From NCBI GenBank assembly GCA_041659465.1, contig JBAZYD010000009.1:4279-68278 (forward strand): a stretch of 64,000 nucleotides of DNA. The letters are read 5' to 3'. How positions within the stretch are numbered: the stretch's first letter is position 1; each line of letters opens with the position of its first letter. The notes beneath the pieces were generated by a model, which ran no database searches, had not been told where the DNA came from, and saw only the letters and a list, made by a program, of their open reading frames with translations. The position numbers and the translations under genes were made by a program. This DNA comes from Candidatus Micrarchaeia archaeon (GTDB lineage Archaea > Micrarchaeota > Micrarchaeia > Anstonellales > Anstonellaceae). Positions 54,248 through 61,829 of the stretch are shown piece by piece.

Positions 54248-54802
54248 ATGAAACTAGGCTTGGAAAAGAACCGAGTCAGCACTATAACTGGCAGCGGATG
54301 CCTTGTTTTTTCAAAGCTGCGCAAGGCGTTTTGCAGCTTTAGGGTGAAAAGGGAAGAGATTGCGGGCAGCGCCGCGCTTGCAGATACCCACAGGAAAAAG
54401 GCAAGGGAGCTTGAAAAGGGCGCAGATGGCTGCAGCGACCAGAAATGGGCTCTTGCCGCGGCTGCCCGTTGCGACGAGGCAGGTGAGTGCAACAGGCTGG
54501 CAGGGGAACTTCGGAACATTGGCAACGAGGAAGCCGCCATTGGGATGGAGGAAAGGGCGGCATGCGCAATTGCCCGCGCGGCAGCCATGACAATGAATAT
54601 GGGAAGATATGATGAGGCGCTGGCGCTCTTCCAGAAGGCAGAGGCGCAGCTGGGCAGCGTAGTGAAGGGATATATCCAGGCGGGCAACGCAGAAAAAGCG
54701 AAGATGGCGGGCAGTGTGCTGGTGCATGTGCAGAACATAATCCGGGACTACAATGGGACATTCCTGCTGATGGTTGATTTGCCCGCGACTTTCCCCTTCT
54801 AG
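54248..54802 (+). CDS. Hypothetical protein
   Basis: GGTGAT RBS then ATG 54248. Ala/Cys-containing helical repeats. Confidence 0.5.
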   Translation: MKLGLEKNRVSTITGSGCLVFSKLRKAFCSFRVKREEIAGSAALADTHRKKARELEKGADGCSDQKWALAAAARCDEAGECNRLAGELRNIGNEEAAIGMEERAACAIARAAAMTMNMGRYDEALALFQKAEAQLGSVVKGYIQAGNAEKAKMAGSVLVHVQNIIRDYNGTFLLMVDLPATFPF

Positions 54803-54936
54803 CGCGCGCACCATAACAATATGCACCCCAGCCGTGCGCACTACAAGTTGTAGTACGCCCCAACAGTACCCCTTTTTTTGTTCAATTTGAGGGAGATGGA
54901 GATAAATATATAAAACGCCATAAGCAATAATCTCGT

Positions 54937-55494
54937 ATGAGAAACTGTAAATTTGCTTGTTTTGTATTCATAGTTCTGATGCTTCAGTTAAGCGCGAATA
55001 TGACCGACAACAGGACGTTAAACAGCGGTGAAGGTGTTTGGGAAGGCAGCTGGGGCCGATTGTGGAATGGCCCAGAATGCAACGAGTCATTTTACTACAA
55101 ATATGCGGAAGTGAACGTTAGTTTCTGCGAATCGATTCCTGACAACTGCCCTATTAACTACGGGGTAGGAAACACGATTTTTGGAAGGAGAGACTGGTGT
55201 TTTATGACTGTTGCAGAAAAAGAAGGAAATCAGTCATTATGCGCTAAAATTGTTGATAACGGCACAAAATACGGTTCTGTTTTTGGCACTAGAGGCGGGC
55301 CCGCCTATATACAGGGATGCTACGGAGACATAGCAATATCAAAAAATGACAGTGCACTTTGTGATAATATCTCAGTTGAAACTCTCAGGGAAAGATGTAA
55401 GGCTGCGATTGCTCTGAATACGGCTACGATTACTGCTTGCGGAATGCCTGTCCTAATGCTGCTGCTTATTATCGGGATTGCGCTTGTTAGATGA
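54937..55494 (+). CDS. Secreted Cys-rich protein with C-terminal TM anchor, in an A+T-rich patch
   Basis: Signal-like N-terminus, 13 Cys after the signal region, several N-x-S/T sequons, C-terminal PVLMLLLIIGIALV. Confidence 0.6.
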   Translation: MRNCKFACFVFIVLMLQLSANMTDNRTLNSGEGVWEGSWGRLWNGPECNESFYYKYAEVNVSFCESIPDNCPINYGVGNTIFGRRDWCFMTVAEKEGNQSLCAKIVDNGTKYGSVFGTRGGPAYIQGCYGDIAISKNDSALCDNISVETLRERCKAAIALNTATITACGMPVLMLLLIIGIALVR

Positions 55495-55534
55495 AAAAAA
55501 TCGGTTTGGTCGGGGAGTTATACTGCTTGCAGCA

Positions 55535-55630
55535 CGCCCCAGCCGATGTGCATTTTGCACGAGCAAAATGCATCAGACATCGAGCGAAGCTCGATGCTGA
55601 TCGACGCCGAAAGGCGGCGAGACTGGGGCG
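55535..55630. repeat. Structured unit A (closing helix CGCCCCAG/CTGGGGCG around three hairpins)
   Basis: See the finding at 55535-55841. All stems verified by eye as perfect complements. Confidence 0.8.
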
Positions 55631-55645
55631 CGAAGTGAAACGGAG

Positions 55646-55706
55646 CGCCCCAGCCGATGAACGCGGAGCGTTCAGATTTTGGCGCGCAGCGCCAAAAGGC
55701 TGGGCG
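55646..55706. repeat. Structured unit B (closing helix CGCCC(C)AGCC/GGCTGGGCG around two hairpins)
   Basis: AACGC-gga-GCGTT and TTTTGGCGC-gca-GCGCCAAAA. Confidence 0.8.
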
Positions 55707-55723
55707 TCGAACTGAAAGTGAGA

Positions 55724-55768
55724 CGCCCCAGCCGATGGAGCAGACGCAGTCTGCGACAGACTGGGGCG
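55724..55768. repeat. Structured unit C (closing helix CGCCCCAG/CTGGGGCG around one hairpin)
   Basis: GCAGAC-gca-GTCTGC. Confidence 0.8.
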
Positions 55769-55780
55769 TCGAGCAGCAGC

Positions 55781-55841
55781 GATGTGCATTTTGCAAGAGC
55801 AAAATGCATCAGACATTTTCGCAAAGCGAAAATGCTGAAGA
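55781..55841. repeat. Structured unit D (two-hairpin module abutting the tRNA 3' end)
   Basis: GATG-[TGCATTTTGC/aaga/GCAAAATGCA]-TCAGAC-[ATTTTCGC/aaa/GCGAAAAT]-GCTGAAGA. Near-identical to 50654-50709. Confidence 0.8.
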
Positions 55842-55913
55842 CGCCCCAGCCGAGATTCGAACTCGGATCAAAGGCTTCGGAGGCCCTCATTCTATCCATT
55901 GAACTACCGGGGC
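55842..55913 (-). tRNA. tRNA-Arg (anticodon CCG), no encoded CCA
   Basis: Manual cloverleaf. Acceptor GCCCCGG/CTGGGGC, D arm GTTC-AATGGATA-GAAT, anticodon arm AGGGC-CTCCGAA-GCCTT, T arm CCGAG-TTCGAAT-CTCGG, discriminator G. 72 nt. Confidence 0.9.
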
Positions 55914-55954
55914 GCAGTTGAATTGGTGATTTTGTTTAACAGAATAAGTTTTAA

Positions 55955-56036
55955 GGGGGGAGGTCAGGAGCAACCCTCGAACCAGGAGGGGGCGGAGCCC
56001 CCTCGGGGTTTTGGGATTGAACTACCGGGGCGCAGT
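55955..56036 (-). pseudogene. Degenerate tRNA-Arg-like copy / duplicated 5' fragment
   Basis: The 21-mer attgaactaccggggcgcagt (56016-56036) duplicates 55898-55918 (leader plus tRNA positions 1-16). It is followed by an anticodon-arm-like GAGGGGG-CTCCG-CCCCCTC and GGTTCGAGGG, but there is no 3' acceptor strand. Confidence 0.45.
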
Positions 56037-56100
56037 CTGATTGTATTTCGGTGAATGCAACTTTTATTAATGGTGCGCGCGAATTATGCGCGGTGGGATC

Positions 56101-56310
56101 ATGGCAAAGGAAGAAAAGGACGGAATCAGGCGCGTTTACCGCTCGAAGAAGAACAAGATGCTCGCGGGCGTTTGCGGCGGCATTGCGGAATATTTTGAAA
56201 TCGACCCTGTGCTTGTACGCCTGCTGTTCGTGCTGTTCACGCTCATGGGCTTTGCGGGGATAATACTCTATCTTGTGGCGTGGCTCATAATGCCGGAGAA
56301 CCCGAACTGA
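56101..56310 (+). CDS. PspC-domain membrane protein
   Basis: ..LYRSKKNKMLAGVCGGIAEYFEIDPVLVRLLFVL.. Confidence 0.8.
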   Translation: MAKEEKDGIRRVYRSKKNKMLAGVCGGIAEYFEIDPVLVRLLFVLFTLMGFAGIILYLVAWLIMPENPN

Positions 56311-56315
56311 AAAAA

Positions 56316-57323
56316 CTACCCGCCCACGATGTTCTGCGGCCTGCCCGAGAGGAAGCCCTCAATGTTATCCGCAGTGGTGGCAAGGATGCGCTGCAGCGCC
56401 TCGCTTGAGTTGAAGGCGTTGTGCGGCGTGATTATCACGTTCGCATGGTTGAGCAGTATGTGGTCTGCAAGCACGGTGCGCAGGTTGCACTCGCCTGCAA
56501 AGTCAGGCGCAAGGAGCTGGCGCTCCTCCTTGATGCCGCATTCCTCCTCAAGCGCGTCAAGCCCTGCGCCGGATATTTTGCCTGAGTCAAGCGCTTCTAT
56601 GAGGGCGCGCGCATCCACAAGGCCTCCGCGCGCGGTGTTTATTAGGATGGCTCCTGTTTTCATCTTCGCCATTGACTCCTTGTTTATCATGTGGAAATTG
56701 CCCTTGTTGAGCGGGCAGTGCAGGCTCACTATGTCCGACTGCTGCAGAAGCTCGTCAATGCCGACCAGGCGGACGCCCTGCGCGGTTGCAGCATCGATAT
56801 CGGTGTGCGGGGAAAAAGCGATGACTTTCATGTTGAACGAGCGCGCCATTTTTGCAAAGTGAGAGCCTATCCTGCCCAAGCCCACTATGCCCACTGTCTT
56901 GCCCTCCAAGTCAAAGGTGCGCAAGCCTGCAAGGGTGAAGTCTCCGCGCCTTGTCTTTTCCATGCACTGCGGGATTTTTTTTGCAAGGGAGAGCATGAGC
57001 GCCATTGTGTGCTCCGCCACTGTTTCAGAGCCGTACTCTGGCACGTTGCATGCTGCGACGCCCTTTGCCTTGCAGTCGGCAACCTTCACATGGTCAAAGC
57101 CGGTGGAGCGCGTGGCTACAAGCTTCACACTGGGAAGCGCCGCAAGCTCTTGCGCGCCCACTTTCGAGTAGATGAAAACGGAAAGGACGTCCGCGCCGGA
57201 CGCCTTTGCAAGCTTTTCCTGCGAAAGCGCGCCATCGATGAAAACAAGCTCGTGCCCTTTCAGCCGTTTCGTGAAATACTCCTGTTCCCACTTCTCAAGC
57301 TCGAAGAATGCGAGTTTTGCCAT
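56316..57323 (-). CDS. D-isomer-specific 2-hydroxyacid dehydrogenase (D-lactate/glycerate dehydrogenase-like)
   Basis: NAD-binding VGIVGLGRIGSHFAKM, catalytic-region R..G..VD and H (ITPHNAF). Confidence 0.85.
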   Translation of the reverse strand: MAKLAFFELEKWEQEYFTKRLKGHELVFIDGALSQEKLAKASGADVLSVFIYSKVGAQELAALPSVKLVATRSTGFDHVKVADCKAKGVAACNVPEYGSETVAEHTMALMLSLAKKIPQCMEKTRRGDFTLAGLRTFDLEGKTVGIVGLGRIGSHFAKMARSFNMKVIAFSPHTDIDAATAQGVRLVGIDELLQQSDIVSLHCPLNKGNFHMINKESMAKMKTGAILINTARGGLVDARALIEALDSGKISGAGLDALEEECGIKEERQLLAPDFAGECNLRTVLADHILLNHANVIITPHNAFNSSEALQRILATTADNIEGFLSGRPQNIVGG

Positions 57324-57390
57324 GTAAGCTAAACGGGCGCGGAATTGATAAATGTTGCTACCTTGGTCAAGAGGCAGCGCGGCTCATTCA

Positions 57391-57421
57391 CATATCAACT
57401 TTTTTAAGCACTTCCATGCAC
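57391..57421 (+). promoter_or_regulatory. Shared promoter block (copy 1), TTTTTTAAG TATA-like box
   Basis: catatcaacttttttaagcacttccatgcac starts exactly 50 nt before ATG 57441. 31/31 identical to 58151-58181. Confidence 0.65.
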
Positions 57422-57440
57422 TTTTCGTGCGGGTGGCGGG

Positions 57441-57980
57441 ATGGCTAATGCAAAAGTGAAAAGGGAAGCGGTAAAAACTGATGCAATAACCAGCCAGGCA
57501 AGGTCATTGAGCGCTTTTTCCAGGAGGCTTGCGGGCAGGGGGCATGCCAAGGATTCGGAGAAGAATGAATACAAGGATCTTGCCTGGAACTTCGGGCTGG
57601 CGCTTGCAGCAGAAGCCAGGGAACCCATCCTGAAAAGCAGGCATGCGAAGGAAAGCGGGCCGCTTCGGATTGAATTTGCGGTGCTGGCAAATGCAGGCGA
57701 GGACTTCATGAAACCGGTGAGCACGGACGGCATGTGCGATTGCCCGGGGGGCTACACGATAGGCGAAACGGCCCGCATAGACGCGCGCGGGAATGGAAAA
57801 TTCACATTCACAATTCCGAGGCTGATGGGCAGCGGGCCCATCACTGACATAGGGGGAATGGAAATCGACTTGAAAGAGGGGAAAGTGTCAGTGACCTACC
57901 CGAACAAGGAAAAGGAGGCCGGCGCCCTCGCAGATATCGGGCAGGCATTTGCGAAATATATTGAAGCCCTGGTCGGCTGA
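57441..57980 (+). CDS. Hypothetical protein (paralogue pair, member 1)
   Basis: 179 aa. GGTGG RBS. Its C-terminal region loosely resembles that of 58201-58824. Confidence 0.55.
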   Translation: MANAKVKREAVKTDAITSQARSLSAFSRRLAGRGHAKDSEKNEYKDLAWNFGLALAAEAREPILKSRHAKESGPLRIEFAVLANAGEDFMKPVSTDGMCDCPGGYTIGETARIDARGNGKFTFTIPRLMGSGPITDIGGMEIDLKEGKVSVTYPNKEKEAGALADIGQAFAKYIEALVG

Positions 57981-58150
57981 CCCGCCCGGGCAGGCGGATG
58001 CCGCGCTCTCCGAGTATCTGGCTTCCATCAGGAACGCCAGATATTGGCTTACATCTCCACTGTGCCGCTGGTGCGCGCGCCGGGCTTGCGCCCGGGGCAT
58101 ATCCTTGCGCCAGCTTAAATCGCCACCGCGTCGGAGCGAGGGCGCATCCG

Positions 58151-58181
58151 CATATCAACTTTTTTAAGCACTTCCATGCAC
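58151..58181 (+). promoter_or_regulatory. Shared promoter block (copy 2)
   Basis: Identical 31-mer, starting exactly 50 nt before ATG 58201. Confidence 0.65.
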
Positions 58182-58200
58182 ATTTTGCAAAGGTGGTGGG

Positions 58201-58824
58201 ATGGAATCAGTTGCAGAAGTGAAAAGGGCGGGCATGAAGACTTCGAGCCTGTTCGGGCGGGTCCACGGTTTGGGCTCTTTTTATTTCAGGTTAATGGGAG
58301 AGAAGGCCATTCAGGCTCAATTCCAGGATAGGCAATTCCAGCTGAGCGAATCCAAACTTGAGAAATACGCAGAAAAGGCGAGAAACACTGCCATCTTGCT
58401 TGCGCAACAGGTCAAGAAGGCGGTCGCAGGGAACATGCACCTGATGGCTGAATATGATGACGGCATGTCGCTGGATTTTAAGGTAAATATCGTTGGTAAA
58501 GGCGTCGGCAAAGGCAAGGACGGGAGTTCGATTTGGTGCGGGGTGTGTGGCCCTGATTTTTTTCAGAAATTCCGCATGTGGGGATATTATGAAGCATTCA
58601 AGAATGGGAATTTGGATGCGGATTTTTCAATCGCAAAACTCTCCCATAGGAAAAAAATGACTGTGGGCTCGATTACCGTAGACTTGGGGTTCGGCTTGGC
58701 AACAGTGGTTTTCCCGAATGGCACGAAAAAGAAATACAGATTTGAGGATATATCCGAAGCCAGAAATGACTTCTGCAGGGCAGTGAAGGCGTTCGTGCCT
58801 GAAACCGCCAAGGCAAAAGCCTAA
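58201..58824 (+). CDS. Hypothetical protein (paralogue pair, member 2)
   Basis: 207 aa. GGTGG RBS. Confidence 0.55.
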   Translation: MESVAEVKRAGMKTSSLFGRVHGLGSFYFRLMGEKAIQAQFQDRQFQLSESKLEKYAEKARNTAILLAQQVKKAVAGNMHLMAEYDDGMSLDFKVNIVGKGVGKGKDGSSIWCGVCGPDFFQKFRMWGYYEAFKNGNLDADFSIAKLSHRKKMTVGSITVDLGFGLATVVFPNGTKKKYRFEDISEARNDFCRAVKAFVPETAKAKA

Positions 58825-60080
58825 ATCTCCATCGAGTCGCCAAGCGCAGGCGCGGTTGCGTCAAAGCCTTCCAGCGCAAGCTCGTCAGCGAACTTCTGGC
58901 AGCTGTCGCCGTGTATGCAGTACACCTTTTTCGGCTTGAGGGACTCCACCAGCCCGAAAAGCTCGGTGCGCCCTGCGTGCGCTGAGAAGTCAAGGTAGCT
59001 CCATGGGGCTTTCGGCTTGATTTTCACGCCGTCGTATTCCACATAGCCCTTGTTGATGAGGTTGTGCCCGTTGGTGTCCTCCACGCAGTAGCCTGTGAAG
59101 ATTGCGCGCGATTCGGGAGTCATTTTCAAGAGGTAGCCCAAAGCAGGCCCGCCCTGAAGCATGCCAGCGGTCGCGATTATCACGCCCGGGCGCTTGAGAA
59201 CTTTCCCGCGCTCGCTCGGGTGGCGGATGGGCTTGCAGGTGTCATAGTCCATCTTGAAGCGCTTGAAGTCCTTCACGTAATGCGAGTGGTGCGAGAGCGT
59301 CTCGGAGACGCGCGCGCCCATGCCGTCCAGCCAGATGTCGCAGTCGCGGTCGAACGAGCGCACTATCCTGATGAGCTCCTGCGTCCTGCCTATCGCGAAT
59401 GCGGGAAGCAGCACCGTGCCGCCCTGCCCCAAAGTCTCCTCGACAAGCGCCTTCATCTTTGCCTCAAGCTCCTTCCTTGGGGGGTGGTCGCGGTCAGCGT
59501 ATGTGCTTTCAATGATGAGGGCGTCTGGGTTGGGGGGAGGCGGCTCGGATGCGAATGTCGTTTTGGTCTCCTCGCCCTTGAAGTCGCCGGTGTACACCAC
59601 GCGCTTGCCGCCGGTCTCTATTTCCACGAACGACGCGCCTGGGATGTGGCCTGCCTGGTGGAGAGTCACGGACGAGTCGCCGATTTCATACCATTTCTTG
59701 TAAGAGAGAAGGGTGGTGTTCTGGTGGAGCTGCTTTATCTGCGCAGGGCGGTAGGGGAACTCGCCGCGCTTTTCCATCAGGCGCATGGAATCGTCGATTA
59801 TTATCTCCGCCATCGCCGCGGTAGCAGGCGTGCATATCATCTCTGGGGCGTGGTGGCGGTAAAGAGCGGGCGTGAAGCCGGAATGGTCCAGGTGCGCGTG
59901 CGAGAGCACCACATAATCGGGCTGCGCGGGCGGCTCGATAGGATAGGGCGTGTCGGTGTGTATCTTGAGCCCGCAGTCCAGCATTATCTCGTCCTCGCCG
60001 GAAAGCAGTATGCAGCTCCTGCCCACTTCGCCCGCGGCGCCCAAAAAGGTAATCTTGTTTTTTCCAGACATTTCCATCAT
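58821..60080 (-). CDS. Beta-CASP metallo-beta-lactamase RNase (aCPSF2/RNase J-like, no KH domains)
   Basis: VLSHAHLDHSG (HxHxDH), ..HQAGHIPGA.., ..ESTYADRDH.., ..IHGD. Confidence 0.85.
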   Translation of the reverse strand: MMEMSGKNKITFLGAAGEVGRSCILLSGEDEIMLDCGLKIHTDTPYPIEPPAQPDYVVLSHAHLDHSGFTPALYRHHAPEMICTPATAAMAEIIIDDSMRLMEKRGEFPYRPAQIKQLHQNTTLLSYKKWYEIGDSSVTLHQAGHIPGASFVEIETGGKRVVYTGDFKGEETKTTFASEPPPPNPDALIIESTYADRDHPPRKELEAKMKALVEETLGQGGTVLLPAFAIGRTQELIRIVRSFDRDCDIWLDGMGARVSETLSHHSHYVKDFKRFKMDYDTCKPIRHPSERGKVLKRPGVIIATAGMLQGGPALGYLLKMTPESRAIFTGYCVEDTNGHNLINKGYVEYDGVKIKPKAPWSYLDFSAHAGRTELFGLVESLKPKKVYCIHGDSCQKFADELALEGFDATAPALGDSMEI

Positions 60081-60184
60081 CTCGCGTGGATGAATTGCGC
60101 GGCTAGATTTATGAAGTGATGCATGGCATGCGCGCGTCGGAGGCAGGGGAGAGTATATAAAAGTTAGCGGCGAAGGGGAGGAAT

Positions 60185-61123
60185 ATGAACGAACTAACTT
60201 TCCTGGACCTGGTCATCCTGAAGAAGATTGATGCCAATTCATCGGTCGAGAATTTTGGCAGCGCGATAAACACCTCATTTTTCGAGACCGCCAACCTGCT
60301 GGGCACCGTGAAGATAAAGGGCTATGTGAACATCGAAACGTCGATAGGGGGCATAAGCAAGGTGGCCATCACCGACGCGGGGATGGGGATACTTACGCTT
60401 GCGGAAAAGAAGGCGGCAGAGCCCCTTGAGCCCCTGGACAATGCGCTCCTTCATGCGCTTGCAGGCGGGGCAAAGGACCCGTCGGCGCTGCAGGCGCAGC
60501 TCAACATCAGGAGCGGCGACCTGGCATACCACATAAACAAGATGGTGGTGCAAAGCTTCATGGACTACGAGGTCCGCTCGGGAAAGGTGGGCCTCATGCT
60601 CACCGAGCAGGGCTTCAATTCCACAGGCGGGGTCAAGGTGCAGGGAGCGCCAACTTCGGCAGAAGTTGGTGCGCAGTCGAGCCGCAGCTCGACTCAAGCT
60701 CCCGCGGCACAGGCTTTGCCTGCCGCGGACGAGGCGAAAAAAGACGGGAAGGCACCTGAAGGCGATGCCGCGAAGACCGAGGGGAAGAACGTAAAGGAGG
60801 ACATATTCCACATATTGCACGGCGGGGACAAGGAGGAGAAAAAGCCAGAGCACCGCGCGCATCACGAGCAGGCAAATGAGGGGGCCGCCCATCATGAGCA
60901 TGCGCCCCGCAAGGAGCATGAGCACGCGCACGCCGAGAAAAAGCGCGAGGAGCCGCCTGCGCCCCAAAGCCCGGAGGAGGCGAAGAGGCACGAGCATGCG
61001 CGCAGGATGGCGTCCAAGCTCCGGTACTACGTTGCCGAGTATTGGGCGTGGATATTGCTGCTTATCATCGCTGCCGTGGTCTTCGCAGGCGCAGTTTACT
61101 CCATGATGCAGAAAGTTGTGTAG
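60185..61123 (+). CDS. Hypothetical protein: two wHTH-like modules, His/Glu/Lys-rich linker, C-terminal TM anchor
   Basis: GGAGG RBS. Linker ..HILHGGDKEEKKPEHRAHHEQANEGAAHHEHAPRKEHEHAHAEKK.. C-terminal WAWILLLIIAAVVFAGAVY. Confidence 0.55.
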   Translation: MNELTFLDLVILKKIDANSSVENFGSAINTSFFETANLLGTVKIKGYVNIETSIGGISKVAITDAGMGILTLAEKKAAEPLEPLDNALLHALAGGAKDPSALQAQLNIRSGDLAYHINKMVVQSFMDYEVRSGKVGLMLTEQGFNSTGGVKVQGAPTSAEVGAQSSRSSTQAPAAQALPAADEAKKDGKAPEGDAAKTEGKNVKEDIFHILHGGDKEEKKPEHRAHHEQANEGAAHHEHAPRKEHEHAHAEKKREEPPAPQSPEEAKRHEHARRMASKLRYYVAEYWAWILLLIIAAVVFAGAVYSMMQKVV

Positions 61124-61131
61124 TTGATACC

Positions 61132-61746
61132 ATGGATTTCCCGCTGCTTTCAAAATACGGCATAAGCTACCCCAAGACAGAGGTGGCGCCAACGCGCGTG
61201 CGCGCAGCTGAGGCCGCGGAGAAGATGGGGTACCCTGTTGCGCTCAAGATATCGTCACGCGCAGTGCTCCACAAGACCGACAGGGGCGGCGTGCTTTTGG
61301 GGCTGAAGAACAGGGACGAGGTGCAAAAGGGCTATGACCTGCTTATCGCGCGCTTCTCGCACGTGAAGATAGAGGGCATAATTGTCCAGAGGATGGCAGG
61401 CAAGGAAGCCGTGGAGCTCATAATAGGGGGGAAGCGCGACGCGCAGTTCGGGCAGCTCATCATGCTGGGCATGGGCGGCATTTTCGTGGAAGTGATGCGA
61501 GACGTGTCGTTCCGCGTGTGCCCCATCACGAGAAAGGACGCGGAGGAGATGGTTTGCGAGCTTCGCGCCTACCCCATACTTGCAGGCGCAAGGGGGAGGA
61601 AGCCCGTGAACAAGGCCGCGCTTGTGGATGCGCTTGTCAAAGTCTCGCAGCTCCTGCAGAAGGAAAACCCTTCCGAGTTCGACATCAACCCGCTCATGGC
61701 GGACGAGAAGGGTTGCGTTGCTGTGGACATGAGGATACTGAAATGA
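61132..61746 (+). CDS. acdB: Acetyl-CoA synthetase (ADP-forming), beta (ATP-grasp) subunit
   Basis: ..GYPVALKISS..VLHKTD.GGV.LGL......KGYD.L.......IEGI.VQ.M. Confidence 0.8.
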   Translation: MDFPLLSKYGISYPKTEVAPTRVRAAEAAEKMGYPVALKISSRAVLHKTDRGGVLLGLKNRDEVQKGYDLLIARFSHVKIEGIIVQRMAGKEAVELIIGGKRDAQFGQLIMLGMGGIFVEVMRDVSFRVCPITRKDAEEMVCELRAYPILAGARGRKPVNKAALVDALVKVSQLLQKENPSEFDINPLMADEKGCVAVDMRILK

Positions 61747-61829
61747 GAAGAGGGATGCTGAAGTGGAATGAGGCGGAAGACAGGCATGAGGATGCTGAAG
61801 TGATTATTCCGATTGGGTTTGTGGTTTGC

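Noticed and set aside
55535-55841. Reading the hairpin units as a CRISPR array, as hammerhead ribozymes, or as box C/D sRNAs.
   Set aside because: As a CRISPR array, the 14-nt repeat has irregular spacing (78-118 nt), the repeats pair with inverted partners, and no cas genes are present. As a hammerhead, CTGAAGA/CTGATCGA fragments exist but there is no matching GAAA plus three-helix core in either orientation. As box C/D, CCGATGA..CAGA in unit B deviates from RUGAUGA/CUGA and the other units lack it.
55487-55921. Several 70-110-aa ORFs on both strands across 55487-55921, and the 50677 start of the lipoprotein ORF.
   Set aside because: They are translations of palindromic repeats. The same peptides appear on both strands and at both loci (for example ..MHQTFS..), and one ORF runs through the tRNA gene.
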